Shown here piece after piece: positions 34,187 to 48,515 of a stretch of 64,000 bases of DNA; position 1 is the first letter of the stretch; every line of letters starts with the position of its first letter. Source of the stretch: Haliotis cracherodii (lineage: Eukaryota). The translations under genes and the position numbers were made by a program. The stretch is taken from the NCBI RefSeq assembly GCF_022045235.1, contig NW_027266264.1:38006001-38070000 (forward strand). Direction: 5' to 3'. The notes beneath the pieces are model-generated. The model was given only the letters and a program-made list of their open reading frames with translations, did no database searches and was not told the origin of the DNA.

Positions 34187-35945
34187 CCTTAGTGACCTTC
34201 TCTATACGCGAAAACACCCAATTCTCTCCGCTGTAAGCATCACGTAACGACAGTTTTTCAGTGTTTAACAATAAGTCATAAATGCACCTGCATTAGCAAA
34301 TCATGACACAAGGATTAACCCAAACATTACTCCAAAACATTGTCCTGAGCAAAATGTGCTTTGAAGAAAACGATGCAACATGAAACAGTGTGGTCGTTTG
34401 TGATGAAATACTGGTCCTTTAAACCAGAAACATCTACATCACTGAATGCTGACTATTATTGTTTAGGGATGACATAACCAGCATCAATTATACATGGTAA
34501 TAAGATCAAACTGGTATGATGGACAACAATGTGCAAGATGTACTACTTGTTTGGTCAGTAACTTTGTTTATCTGTTATCATTTCTGGATGTCAGGCGACC
34601 AGCCAAGCAATGACATTCAGAAGAAAATTAGAATTATTTTAATTCTGTCTGCTGAGAATACCTTGTCTAGGCACGTCTGATATGTGATAGCTCCTGATAG
34701 AGCTGTCGTTGGATGCCCGTATCCGTGCGTTCTTTTTGAAAGCAGATTGGTGGCTTTACATTAATGTAGTCCAAATCAAAATAGTCAGAATTAATAAACA
34801 CGAAATCCAAATGGTTATGGTCTACTCAAAGCTATCAAGTTCTGCTACACGGGATAATCACCAACAAGTAATCCACACACGTTACACGTTTAGTTATTAA
34901 TGTACAAGCTAAACACGCTAAATCCCGATCGAGCAGTGATGATCGGTATTCCAGGACAAAACGTATGCTTTTGGAGGCTGCTGAAATGGAGAGTCAGTGG
35001 TAATGCGAATATTTACAGGCTAACAGGGTTCAACTGTGCTGGTATATTTGGAGCTGTTAACATTCACTGCCCGAATGCAATACCGACCAGTAGGAACATG
35101 ATGTGGCACACAATGATGATAATTGTTAATGTGAAAAATGATTCAAAGCAATAGGTGCACTTCCGACTACAACACCGTACCACATACCTGCATCACAATC
35201 TGGCTCTCCACATTCCAGAAACTGCACTCGATTGTCTACAAAAAGTACCGTATTTAAAAAGGTCCGTAAATCCAAACCACATGTTACCTAAAACAATATC
35301 TTCACAAGACTAATGACAATTAAGAACTACAGCAAACCTTGTTATTTAAAGACTCTTGGTAGAATACCGCGAGTTGCCCGCGGCATGTTTTCAGAAACAA
35401 TGTCATAATTACCATTCTCCTGCCATTTCCCTCCTTCCCTGGAAAACACGCTGCCTTATTCGTTTAGCCATCATCAGCTCAATAACACTCCTCACAGGTC
35501 CTTTTAGTACGACCTACTTCCTTGTCGTCACCGAAAATGCAAAGCGATCATTTGTAGGATCGGTTTATTAAGCATATTCATAGCTATTCAGGTTGACTAA
35601 ACACTTACAGAGCTGAAATAGATTGATCGTGCTATTCTGGAGGTGGCTATTTTCTACAGCAAGTGCCTTTCAACGGGCACCTTTGTGGAAATGATCCGGT
35701 GTGCTATTAATGCTTCGCTTGTAATTATTAGTGTAGGATTACTGTTATTTCGGAAGAGAGGATTAATGCGTGACGTGTGGTGTGTGTAAGGGTACAGGCC
35801 AATCTAACACTATGAATGAAAGTAGGAGGTAGAGTCGTTATCAACATGAGTGAGAACTGCTAAAACTCCCACTAGTTTGTAACTTCATTACAATCATGAC
35901 AAAGTAGGGTAATATTGTCTTTTAAACTGTTGACATTACACAAGT

Positions 35946-36113
35946 AGTGATTGAGTGAATATGGTTGTACGCCGCTTTTAGCAATATTCAAGCAATATCA
36001 CGACGGGGGAACACAAGAAATGAGCTTCACACATTGTCCCCATGTGGAGAATTGAACCCGGGCCTTCGGCGTGACGAGCGAACGCTTTAACCACTAGGCT
36101 GCCCCACCGCCCC
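35946..36113 (-). mobile_element. tRNA-derived short SINE, (ACTC)n tail
   Basis: A box cagcctagtgg, B box ggttcaattct, gctaaaagcggcgta tail; acattaca flanking repeat. Confidence 0.88.
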
Positions 36114-36442
36114 ACATTACAAGGACATTATATGATTTGGGATATGTAGGAAGGCGTAGATATTTTAAATGATTTGATTGGCACCAGCATATGTCAAAAG
36201 CATACTCATTGACATACGCTGATGTTTCGTAAAGTACACCTTGTTTTACAAATACCATACACTGTTCACAGAAAAGAACAAACTTTAGCAATCGGTTACT
36301 CTGCCAAGTGCTCATGGACAAACTGATTTCCACGTGACAACGGAGGATATTAAACTGCCGAATTTCCTCCCGCCTTCTGAATGGACAAGTTAAGCACAGT
36401 AAGTCTCACCAAGTAATGCATGTTCATAGGACCTGCTATGTC

Positions 36443-37164
36443 ATACTGGATCAACCTTCACAATGCCTGTAACATACATACTGGATCAACCAACACAATG
36501 CCTGTAACATACATTCTGGATCAACCCTCACAATGCCTGTAACATACATACTGGATCAACCAACACAATGCCTGTAACATACATACTGGATCAACCCACA
36601 CAATGCCTGTAACATACATACTGGATCAACCTTCACAATGCCTGTAACATACATACTGGATCAACCCTCACAATGCCTGTAACATACACACTGGATCAAC
36701 CCTCACAATACCTGTAACATACATACTGGATCAACCCTCACAATGCCTGTAACATACATACTGGATCAACCCTCACAATGCCTGTAACATACATACTGGA
36801 TCAACCCTCACAATGCCCTGTAACATACATACTGGATCAACCCTCACAATACCCTGTAACATACATACTGGATCAACCAACACAATGCCTGTAACATACA
36901 TACTGGATCAACCCTCACAATACCTGTAACATACATACTGGATCAACCCTCACAATGCCTGTAACATACATACTGGATCAACCCTCACAATGCCTGTAAC
37001 ATACATACTGGATCAACCCTCACAATACCCTGTAACATACATACTGGATCAACCAACACAATGCCTGTAACATACATACTGGATCAACCCACACAATGCC
37101 TGTAACATACATACTGGATCAACCCTCACAATGCCTGTAACATACCTACTGGATCAACCCTCAC
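36443..37164. repeat. ~32-bp minisatellite
   Basis: catactggatcaaccctcacaatgcctgtaacata repeated. Confidence 0.95.
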
Positions 37165-38299
37165 ATATCTGACCACAGTGTTACGGCACCTTACCACGTG
37201 TACCACCTTCTTGGGGGTGGGGGGGGGGGGGGGGGGGGGTACATGTTCAGGAGTACTATGAGTCATGAGAAGTAAGACACCAACTGCTGCAGAAACTAAG
37301 GTTACACTTCCAGGAATGTCAGGAGGCGACAGACCAGATATGAAGGAAGGAAAGAAGGGAGGAATGGTAGTTTCACCATTGACAAATCGTCGACAGAAAA
37401 AAAACTACTTCCACAGAAAGAAGTTTGATTGAGTGAATGATGTAATTGCCATTAGAAACCAAATGAACCTGATTACATGATAACCGAGTTTCAATAATGA
37501 AGATCTGCACAGGTGGACGGTTGGTAAGTAAATAGACAGGTAGGGGGAACTGATACACTTATTCATGTCAAAATGAGACGTGAACAAGTCATCACCAAGA
37601 TCCGTACTCATCTGCTTTGTAGATTCTCCATAGAAGAAACAAAGTCTTTGTTCTTAGTCTGGCAATGGGGGTACCCCATATTGTTCCAAACACCTACCTC
37701 ATTTAAGTGCCAGGCAAATAGTGCGTCACAGGTATGTATGTCATTCATGACATTGTCTGTTAAAGAATGACAGCGTTCGCTTCTTACAGTGTATCGCAAT
37801 AACAAATACCTATACTGTCATAAAGCGACCAAGAAGATAAAACAAATTGTAATTTGCATGTGGTACCTTCAGGAAGGAGAATAGGGCACATTTCAGTTTC
37901 AATATTTATATAATATAAAAGTAGAAAGCAAACATGTTATGAAAACTAGTAATATGTCTTCACAACAATGACTTCCTTAAACATTTGTTGTTGTTTTCAA
38001 GGACAAGTTTTCAAGTTGACACAATCGTGACTGTTGACATATCTACAGTGGTAAAGTTATTAATAACTCATAATTAATCCTTTCAAACTTATTGATACAT
38101 TGGTGTAATATTATTTTATAATGAAGTAGATCCAATGAAACATGCAGCTATTGCTAAAATTGAAACCCAGAACGATGTGAGTGCGTTAGTTATTTTTAAC
38201 AATGAAGCATACTTCTCTATGAGAGTTACCTCCCGAATGGTTATATGTTTATTCCTGTAGCCTGACACGAAAATTATTCACACTGTCCCAATGTGTTAA

Positions 38300-38935
38300 T
38301 ATCTCGCTACACGGAAGCTAGGTCGACGTTTCCCTCATGGCGATATGCTATAGGCCTGTCCCTCTCGGCAGACACATCTCGCTACAAGGACATGAGTCAA
38401 CGTTTCCCGCATGGCGATATACTATAGGCCTGTCCCTCTCGGCAGACACATCTCGCTACAAGGACATGGGTCAACGTTTTCCGCATGGCGATATGCTATA
38501 GGCCTGTCCCTCTCGGCAGACAGATCTCGCTACAAGGACATGGGTCAAGTTTTCCGCATGGTGATATTCTATAGGCCTGTCCCTCTCGGCAGACACATCT
38601 CGCTACAAGAACATGGGTCCACGTTTCCGCATGGCGAAATGCTATGGGCCTGTCCCTCTCGGCAGACAGATCTCGCTACAAGGACATGGGTCAACGTTTT
38701 CCGCATGGCGATATGCTATAGGCCTGTCCCTCTCGGCAGACAGATCTCGCTACAAGGACATGGGTCAACGTTTTCCGCATGGCGATATGCTATAGGCCTG
38801 TCCCTCTCGGCAGACTGATCTCGCTACAAGGACATGGGTCAACGTTTTCCGCATGGCGATATGCTATAGGCCTGTCCCTCTCGGCAGACAGATCTCGCTA
38901 CAAGGACATGGGTCAACGTTTTCCGCATTGCAATA
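38300..38935. repeat. ~69-bp minisatellite (~9 copies)
   Basis: atctcgctacaaggacatgggtcaacgttttccgcatggcgatatgctataggcctgtccctctcggcagacag repeated. Confidence 0.95.
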
Positions 38936-40594
38936 TGTTGTATTAGTAAATAGGTCGGATAGAGCTAGACTAGTACCCTGCTCTTCCCCTCCGAGCGGCT
39001 GCAGGCGAGGAGCGGAAGCGCTCTAGGGCAGGTAAACCAGGCTAGGACAGGACGTGTCTCCCTCCCATGATTGTTGCCGAATGACATAGACAAGTTTAGT
39101 GTCATTGTTTAGAGTTAGGAATGTTGAAAGCAATATTTTCATAATTATTTATGTAATTCGTAGGTACACATATAGTAGTATACATATGCGAAATAAAGAA
39201 AAGTTTCTTTTTTTAAGTTTGGTTACATCTTTCCAAAGATTAATCATCCCAATGGCCCATATAAATTTCTCAATCTTATAGCAAATAAGGCACAACCTTT
39301 CATCTCGTGATATTGGCTACTAAATGTCAAGTATCAACATTTACTTGATTAAAACTGCCAACACAAAGGTTGACGAAGTTGAAAATACACTAAAAGGTGG
39401 GAGAAAATCGCAAGTGAGAATGTTGATCTATTTTCAATGAAAACACAAAGATTAAAACTGGGAGGGACATTGCTCTTCTCAGAGAACATTTATCGTGTAG
39501 GAGGGGAAATCAAGGCAACAAAGTCTGTATCTAGGCAATAAATCTGGCAAGCATGGATGCTGCTGGGTTTAATTGCTCCCCCAAGTCTCATTCATTCAAT
39601 GTGGATGGTATGTACGTTACATTTGGAAAGAAAAGAGGAGTGATGTGAAGATGAAACAAAGTACTTGTTGCGAAATATCAAACTACAAACGAAGACCCAG
39701 GTAACAGAGGAAGGGCTTACAGTACATTGGAGATTTCTGGAAGTGGGTGTTTTACCAGTGGCGGCCTACGACTTGTTTCAGGATCAACGTGCCAACTTCC
39801 CTTCGTTTTCGGTGCTAACAATAGGAAAGAAGGATCACACTGATACAAAACAAATTAACTTTGAATTGACAAATTGTATTCACTCAGGGAAGAAGGTACC
39901 GCCATTACGCGAGGGGAAAAATGACTTCATCTAGGCAATTTACCATGGCTTTTACATTGACCGTGATAACTGTTTCAACTTACACATGAACTAAGACATA
40001 TTTTGAAATTTGTAATATTTTTTAAAAGGTGCACACAAGTTCATTAATATTTACTTGATTATTGATTTACATAATATAAAAAATATGTGGTTTTAACGTA
40101 GTAAGAGGGTGAGTACTTTCAAAACAATTGAAATGAAATAGCCCAAGTGACAGGTATTTAATGAATTTTATCTTCCAATAGAATGCACATCCCTCAATCT
40201 CATCACGTATGCTGTCTCGAAATATGGTCAATGGCAACGTAGATATCTGATACCTGACATGTTTACTATCAGCTTGTCTGCAGGTTCAAACGGAACAAGC
40301 TACAGCGCTACAGTCTCTGTCAAGGCCAACAGTACGAGCCCTTGGTGACGATGTCAAAGGTTGTATGACTAGCAGGCGTGATTAAGGCATCCCAACGGAC
40401 GCGGGTGGTATGTGACAGTAGGAGGCGTTTCCTATTACTTCTACATTACATTATCTAAACACTTGCTATATGTTCTTGTGTGATTTTCGTACCACAAAAT
40501 TCCACGAAGCGGGCCACGGATTTTTGCCGTAATTGTCATTCAGTGATATACATGTGGTAATGCGCGTTGCCGCTGGTGCGCCAGCAAATGAAAC

Positions 40595-41710
40595 ACCAAA
40601 TCCCTGTCTCAGAGATTAACCATAATCCTTGATAAAATCAAGCAAGGACTTTCCTTATATTCACAGTAAGTATTTCAGTCAAGTGGAATTAATACCATGT
40701 GGATGCTAAAAAACCTGAAAAGATTGGCTTGACTTTTAACAATCACAGAAGAGAACCAGGTTCAATTCTGTCAAAAGATTTGATTTTTCAACTTTGTACA
40801 CCACTATCCCACATGGCAAACTTCACTCCTTGATCCATGGGGCTTTTGTTACAAAAGTGGTGACCATTGACAGAGTATATAGAACACATCGGTTCACGTC
40901 AATTTGTCAAAAATCGAAGCAAATGCCATCTTAAGTTTACTGAGAAAACAGTATACGAATTCCTCATTGATAACATCGATGTGAAATATTGGGGTAAAAC
41001 ATTAGGCCAAGGAGTACGCATCTCCATGGGAACCAGCTTAGCCCCCCTTCTTGCTGATCTGTTTCTTAATACGTATGAATCAGAATTTCTGCTCGCAGAA
41101 GCAGTCAAAAGAAGGTAATTTGGCCAAGAAGTAAAGCTTCAGGTATATCGATGATCTGATGTCATTCAATAACAATAAAAAAGCCAATTTCCTTCCGCTG
41201 ATTTACCCACGTGACCTAGACATTAATCAGACTAGTGAGACCGCCTCATCTGTTTCATATTTAGATATATGCATAAAGATTCAGAGTGACAGCACAATTT
41301 CCCCAGACTTTATGACAAGAGGGTGACTTTCCCTTCACGTCGAGCAATATTCCTGCAGCTCCAGCCCTTGGTGTCTACAATCCAAAACCTTTGAAGTACA
41401 ATCAAGCATGTTCTTTCAACCAGGATTTCCAAAAAACGTCATACAACTCTTGCTGAGAAGATGTTTGATCAATGTTACAACATTTAGGGCCCGCTAAAAC
41501 TTTCAAAATGTTTATGGTAGACGCGTAGACGTAATTTCATTTGACTTATCAGTGACAAAAATGACACCTGATGCAATTTCCTATTTTGACTTGTACCATT
41601 TTCTCCCTTGTTTTCTCGGGTGAACAGTTGATCTGCCTTTGCATGTGTTTGTGACGGGTGCCACAGCTGGAGAAGGATATGCCCGCCTTTTCGCAAACAC
41701 ATGGTATCAT
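40595..41710 (+). mobile_element. Penelope-like element reverse transcriptase remnant
   Basis: FDFSTLYTTIPH, EFLIDNI...GVRISMGTSLAPLLADLFL..YE, FRYIDDL, IYPRDL..SYLD, LYDKR, SNIPAAPALGVY with stops and frameshifts. Confidence 0.85.
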
Positions 41711-42239
41711 CATTATTGTATAGTGATTAATAAACACATGCTCATCATATAGTCGGAATCGTACAATGGACTCTCATTTTGGCAGTGATTTCTTATGAAT
41801 TTGGAAAGGGTTTTGTGGCTTTTACATTTTGATGTGAATTTGATTTTTCATGTTATTCCAAATACGAAGGAACAGGACTTTCTGGTCAGAAGGAAAATGA
41901 AACACTGAGAACATCCGATAGCATCTTTCTCTTACAGGGACCCCAACAGCCATGTTTATTATTGAAAAATAAAAAAACCCCATAAACTATTATATTTATA
42001 TAAAAAAAAATGTTTTAACGAGGTACTGCTTTGTTCACTTACTTAAGATCACTGAGGTAACTAAGAATGTGGCTTGATCAGTTTTATACATGTCTTCGAA
42101 ATGGGTCATTTTAGCATGAAACTGACTATACGTCAACTATTGCCAAATACGATAATATATCTCATCTAGTGAAGTCTAAAAAACAACTTCAAAACTCGGG
42201 AAAATATGTTTTTGAGACTTCATCTCGATTACTTATGAA

Positions 42240-42413
42240 GTAAATGACGGTTATAACGAACTCAAAGGGGCCACTAATTTTAGTTCGTTATAACCGGTGT
42301 TCGTTATAAACATATGTACAGCATATATAAAATATATGACCAGGACAAACAAACAAGTTCTTTATATCCGTCAGTTCTTTATAGGCGTGTTCGTTATAAA
42401 CGCAGTTTACTGT
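42240..42413. mobile_element. One end of a Tc1/pogo-like MITE remnant
   Basis: Repeated ttcgttataa motifs ending in gtttactg-TA. Confidence 0.45.
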
Positions 42414-42957
42414 ACACCGTATTGGACGAAAAGTATGAAATCCATGTATTTCTGTAATTTACACATAAATCGAGTTACTATTTATTTCCCCAGCAATCAC
42501 TATTTACTTTGAAATAAATTTGCTAAGAAACTTGCCATTTCAACTACTAATATACGCCCCCCTTGATTAGAAATAGTCTGTTTCAGTTGTATAAATTATC
42601 AACGATACGTTACCTTGAATTCTTTGAATGCTTCAGTATCGCCCTATGTTTATTAAATTATTATAAATATGGTATGCATTTAAATAATCACGCAATACAA
42701 ACGTATTTTCATACTTACATTTTAAATCGAACCATTCACATACACTCAGAAAATAGTGTATCCGGAGATGAACATACTGTTCTCAATGTCTTGCTGACTT
42801 CACGATCGAAGCTTTCATTAAATTTTTGAAACATACCTACATGCTGTTCAAGTGCTAAAACTCTATCGTGGATAGCACTGCCATGGAGTTGAGACACATC
42901 TACGTCCATTCTGTAGACATGGGTAAACACTCGTACACAGCGGTTGTTATTTCAACA

Positions 42958-43182
42958 GCCCGTGAACATCCGAGATAGAGCTGGTCTTCAGCAACCCATG
43001 CTTGTCGTAAGAGGCGACAAACAGGATCAGTAGGTCAGGCTCGCTTACTTGGTTCATGCATGTCATCGTATCCTAGTTGCGTAGAACGATGCTCATGATG
43101 TCAATCACTGGATTGTCTGGTCCAGACTCGATTATTTACAGACCACCATCATATAGCTGGAACATTTCTGAGTGCAGCAAAC
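42958..43182 (+). mobile_element. Copy of the GACCCGTG-headed SINE-like family
   Basis: gcccgtgaacatccg...ggtcttcagcaacccatgcttgtcgtaagaggcgac...ctggattgtctggtccagactcg. Confidence 0.85.
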
Positions 43183-43286
43183 ATTATTTGAACATGTTAT
43201 TATGTATTTCAGACACAAATTGTTTAACTTCCATTGTCATCTCCTGGCAACACGTGTCACTGCATATTTCTAAAGTAACAGAAACA

Positions 43287-43450
43287 GTGAGTGAGTGAGT
43301 GAGTGTGGTTTTACGCCGCTTTTAGCAATATTCCAGTATATTATATATCACGGCGGGGGACACTAGAAATGGGTTTCACACATTGTACCCATGTCGGGAA
43401 TCGAACCCCGACGAGCGAACGCATTAACCACTAGGCTTCCCGACCGCCCC
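43287..43450 (-). mobile_element. tRNA-derived short SINE with internal deletion
   Basis: 10-bp TSD aacagaaaca; A/B boxes; (ACTC)n tail. Confidence 0.88.
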
Positions 43451-43469
43451 AACAGAAACATAAGGGGAA

Positions 43470-43865
43470 TGAGGTGAGGTGAACTGGGGTTTACCCTCGA
43501 GCTCAGGCCTATTCCATTATTTAGCGATGTGCATGCGCGTGTATGAGAGGTTAGAGGTGCTGGGATGTATGGAATCCTATAAGGTACATTGTCGCGTTAT
43601 CGCAATGTCACCCTAACAAAAAGTGTCAAAATTAACCAAAGCGGGACAATGCGACAACGCGACAATGTCCCTTCTAGGATTCAACAGTGATGTCAGTTTA
43701 GCGTTAATACCCCATACAGTAAACTTATCAGTCCTTGCATTATGTCCTTTAGGGTAAGAACAAGGGCCATGTTTAATGTCCTTGCTATGACGAGGCAAAA
43801 GGCTAGAACCATCGACCTTCTGCTCATAGGGCAGACACTCGATCTACCGCACCACGAAGGTGGTC
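43470..43865 (-). mobile_element. Degenerate tRNA-headed SINE containing a ~110-bp palindromic segment (43572-43682)
   Basis: Minus-strand tRNA-like head near 43800-43865 and (CACCT)n tail; gaatcctataaggtacattgtcgcg / cgcgacaatgtcccttctaggattc inverted arms. Confidence 0.5.
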
Positions 43866-44832
43866 AGAGAAAAGAGACACAGTGAGTACATTCGGTCGCA
43901 TTTTTCTCTTAGAGGGACCCGACCTATTTAATAATACAACAATGTAAACATGGGCTCATGAGTAACAAAATGTGCCGCTTCAGTGAAGTTAAACGTTTCG
44001 TATACTTTCTGAATCTTCCATATGTTTGATTTATGAACCGTCGCTGAGATCGATGTACGCGACAGAACCCGTCTATACCCACCCACTGCCTGGACTCCAT
44101 AGTCCACTTAACCGCCTCTCGCACAGATAGGTGCATACGGATGCATTTGATTTACGGTCGGAATTTTTTATGCTGAAACACGATGATTCTTCTTTTCAAC
44201 ATGCGGCATTGATTTGCTGTTAACGCCTCGCATGACGTGGCATTGTTTTTGGCGCGCTGTTGACGCCTCGCATGATGCGGCATTGATTTTGGCGCGCTGT
44301 TGACGCCTCGCGTGGAGGGTTTCGACGGAATTCATGGGTTTATCCACAAGTCCACCTAAACATTATTGATATTTTCCAGCTACGGCTACAAAACCAGATA
44401 TTTTTTTAGTCTACATAACTGAATCGAAAGCTTTCGTGTTTCCATTTTCCCGTTCGTATATTTTTATACATTCAGTCTGTTACAACATGGTAAGTTATTA
44501 AATCACGTGAATGCGATGTTTAGTTTTTTCAATTTACGATAACAATATGATTGAAGAGGGAGTTACGCTCGGCGCTGCAGTATTGGAGGAATATTATTGT
44601 TATAAAATGTCAGCAGATTTTTAAAATATTAATTTTCATACATTGTTTGTTTTATCTTAGTATCAACAACTACATTAAGGGAATGGTTAATGCTTGAAAG
44701 TAGGACGCTGTGTAATAGTGTGATTCCCCTTTCTCTGACCCGGAGAATAGTCACTGGATCTCATTACACCTGGGATAGCGGTATTGCAGACATAGTTTGT
44801 GTTCCGAATTTACATGTTTTCCTAGGTTATAA

Positions 44833-44834
<2 letters not shown>

Positions 44835-44910
<76 letters not shown>
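44835..44910. repeat. (AT)n microsatellite
   Basis: Direct reading. Confidence 0.98.
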
Positions 44911-44915
<5 letters not shown>

Positions 44916-45487
44916 TAATTTGAGTGATCTCATATTAATGTGGTTAAATATGTACTCAACCATTTCCTATGTTGACAATCTGGGTCAGTCAAAATTAGGC
45001 CTTAACTTATACTGTAATAAACACACGCAGTGTTAAAAGCGCCAACTGTGATACTATACATTTGGCATTTTTGTGTACTGGTGGAGTGGACCTAAAATAA
45101 ACCCCCAAAACAATAACAAAATAAACATAAGATATGTTGCCCACATATAACAAGTTTCAATTCTTTTTGTTTCAGTCCAGCGTTCCTGCAGGCAAAGCGC
45201 CCGTGGACTATAATAGACAAACATGACATGACACAGGCTCCCTTGGACCTATGGTCCAGCGAACGAAAGAGGAACACAGATTGAGACCGTAGGAAATCGA
45301 CTTTCTCATTGAGAGACCAGAAAATTAATCAATAAAAACACTTCCGCACAAGTATATCGAACATTGTTTATTTCTTTATCAAGCTACAAAGTTTCACAAT
45401 ACTGGAATTAACGGGGAAATAATATTTCAGACAAAAAGTCCTTAGGAAAGAGATCCTGTCAAGCCGTTCCAGAACGACCCACAGACA

Positions 45488-46687
45488 TTATGTTTCTGAA
45501 AAGTATGTGTCTCTGAATAATGGCATATGGATCTCCCGTAACAGATATCCGTGACTATCAAAAAAATATAGTTGCTGTTCATGGGCTCCTCTGCAGACAA
45601 CACACACCTCGTTAACCAACACCCGCAAAATTGGGAAAGATGTGTTATATTGCCATGGACAAATATGTACTTGTCTCTTGGAGGAGTTCCAAATGTTATG
45701 GAATATCAAAGTCCTATTACTGTAAACGACAGCTATCATTTCATGAGTGACGAAACTTGTGGCCATATTACCAACGACAGTAAAGTTCCATATCGGTCGG
45801 GGAATTATATATCCCGTATTTTCATATTTCATGAGAAATACTTCAATCGCAAACTGTCTCTTTTCTAAATGTCTACAACTATAATACAGCAAGGAATGGG
45901 AGGAGCGATGACCAGCGAAGGACAGGTCACAGGCTTTGTATTTCAAAGAAGCCACAGTTTTCTCACAGATGTCATCATTAGGAGTGTCCAGCTTTAATGT
46001 CTTCAGCCAGTAGGACTTGCCCTGCTGGACACGGTAGTACAGATGCATGTGTCCCCAGTCAACGTAAACATCTTCAAATGGCAACCGTCTGGCTACGTCA
46101 GTATAGTTTCCAGTGAAAAAAATCTGTCTGAGAAGGCTGTTGTGTTTTTTGGTGAAAAGCACGTAAAACATACATCGTGTTGATTCGATGAAGACATTTT
46201 TTATCCCCTCACAACGGATTTGAACAATGTCCACAAATGTCCCATTCATCTGTTTTGTATCATAAGCCTTCATAATGCAGGTTCTCTCGTGTTTGATGAC
46301 ATAAACATGCTGTTTCGATAGGGTTACGGAACCATATGAGGTCGAACAATTCCACTTGTATTCAGGACTGGTTTTGCGCAGACCCGAATCGTTGTCTTCT
46401 TTACGTTTGTATTCGGTCACATGCCAATAAGAGACGATTGTATGGCTTGCGTCGGACACTTCCTTTGTGAAAAGAAGATAAGAATTGGCCGTCTCTTCTT
46501 GGGTCGTACTGTTGTCTAGCCTTAAGATGCAGGCGTTCTGGGTGTTGACCGTGCTGTCTACTAAAACACCCGTGCAAGATGGAAGAGTGGAACATTCAAC
46601 TGCACATTCAACATGTGTCCTTTTTGCACCACTAACGATGCTACAACACAAAGTTATGAACAACAGCTTCATGAAAACGAGAGACAT
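45488..46687 (-). CDS. Uncharacterised secreted protein, 399 aa (signal peptide, PAN/apple-like Cys motif, probable divergent beta-propeller), paralog 1
   Basis: Uninterrupted 1200-nt non-repetitive ORF; N-terminal hydrophobic leader; ECAVECSTLPSCTGV..C motif; collinear similarity to 55805-57022; several NxS/T sites. Confidence 0.85.
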   Translation of the reverse strand: MSLVFMKLLFITLCCSIVSGAKRTHVECAVECSTLPSCTGVLVDSTVNTQNACILRLDNSTTQEETANSYLLFTKEVSDASHTIVSYWHVTEYKRKEDNDSGLRKTSPEYKWNCSTSYGSVTLSKQHVYVIKHERTCIMKAYDTKQMNGTFVDIVQIRCEGIKNVFIESTRCMFYVLFTKKHNSLLRQIFFTGNYTDVARRLPFEDVYVDWGHMHLYYRVQQGKSYWLKTLKLDTPNDDICEKTVASLKYKACDLSFAGHRSSHSLLYYSCRHLEKRQFAIEVFLMKYENTGYIIPRPIWNFTVVGNMATSFVTHEMIAVVYSNRTLIFHNIWNSSKRQVHICPWQYNTSFPILRVLVNEVCVVCRGAHEQQLYFFDSHGYLLREIHMPLFRDTYFSET

Positions 46688-48301
46688 GTTTGTAAAGCGC
46701 TGGAAATGCTCTATGTGAGATACATATACGGCGTGAATGCACTTTGTTCATTCGGGTGTGGTGCTTAATATGTTTTGACCATAAAAAGATATGTACTTGA
46801 ATTTAGTTATTAATGTTATTTCAAATGTTAAATGGGTGTTCTACCGTGTATGCCTTCATTAGATGTCCAGGAAAAAGTTGGAATGGATGTATTCTCAGGT
46901 GTTCTAGACATTCCGAAGATATGTCGTTAGAAATAATTCATGATTGTCCTTTTCAGATGAAGGACTGGCTTTGTAGGATGGTATCCCATCGCTGTCAAAT
47001 ATAGACAGTTCACATATCTTACTTACAAATGAAAGTGACGCTTTGTCAGTTGGAAAATTGACACATTTCTTTTGCAGTTCAGCAAGACTTGTAAAAAAGG
47101 TGTGCCAGTTTAAGTACTTTGTCCATGTTAGCGATTGTACCAGGAATTGCATAAACTCTCTAAAGAATGTGCAAACGTTATCTGAATTAGTTTTTGTGTT
47201 GGAGAATGGAGTTATTAGGGTAGTATTGTTATTGATTGAATTGTACGTGAGGAGGTCACGGCCACTGAGACGTGTCACATAAGCACTGGTGTCACGGGGA
47301 CCTGAATCTCAGCAAATGCAAGGCAACTTCAGAGTTGGAGTTGGTTGAAGTGCCTTCATTGACATTAAAGTGGAAGTACATATTCAAACCCCACCATCAA
47401 AACAAAACAGGTTCTCTCATGAAAGTAACATTTGAATAGTAACTTTTCATAATCTTAAAGTATACACCGAATATGATTAACCTATAATATGGTAAAATCC
47501 TTTCACTATCTATCGATACGGGCTTTGTTGAATTATTCCATACATTATTCACTTTGTACACTCAGCTGCGTGCTGCGAGATCAATTAGATTTGGATTGTT
47601 CGATTCATTCGGTCGTGAAAAGTTCAAATGAATCTGGTGAAGAAAGCTTCCTTGTACTTTTGGAATACTTAAGACATATCAATCTTTCGAAATCATTAAT
47701 CTTAACGACATCAAAATGTCCAAATTGAAATTCTGCAGTGTTGGGTGGGATGATGTTGGGATTTTAAATAATTTTAAAATAAAACATCTGGCAATGGAAT
47801 ATTTGACTGGCTGACAGTTCCTTTATTGCCATCGGTCTGAAGTATAATTATTTTTTTCACGCATTTTCTGGGGAATTTTTTTTCGATAAAATCCCAGCCG
47901 TTTGAGTTAACAAACACTACCTATCAAAGCAACATTATTGAACAGGATTCCACCCGGAAAATGCGGCATTAAATAGTAATGTATCAGTCCTTACATCATA
48001 TACTACTTCAGATAAGATAGAGGTACTGAATAGGATTTTAGTGTATGGCAGGATTAAATCATACTGTTGTATGTTTCAATGTTCGATACAGTTTTTAAAA
48101 CTTTTTTATGCTAAGCAACCATCACAAGCATTTTAAAACAAAATACTGAATACTCGAGACTCACCTACCCTTAAAGTCATGATTTAACACGCACGCACCT
48201 ATGCACACACTTTGCATCTTGAAATTGCAATTATCTCAATCTAGATCATCTTCTGTAGATCCTAGTATATGTTTAGAAATACAAATGATGGTGAACACCT
48301 C

Positions 48302-48310
48302 CACACACCT

Positions 48311-48369
<59 letters not shown>
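48302..48369. repeat. (CA)n microsatellite
   Basis: Direct reading. Confidence 0.97.
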
Positions 48370-48370
<1 letters not shown>

Positions 48371-48515
48371 TGTTGTCTTGAGTTTACATAAAGTGTGTCA
48401 CAGGGTTGTGACACGAATGCCTCGGAGGCTCAACCTTTTTATCGTTGCAGCAATTATTGATATTTGAGGAAAAACCGTTGTGCAGCGGATTCTTACAAAA
48501 GTTTGCACATTATTT

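Noticed and set aside
35188-35260. Possible PHM non-coding first exon and TATA-like TTTAAATA
   Set aside because: A donor CAG|GTATGT is present but nothing else supports it without transcript data
46904-47282. Overlapping 124-aa and 79-aa ORFs
   Set aside because: No recognisable motifs or consistent splice structure
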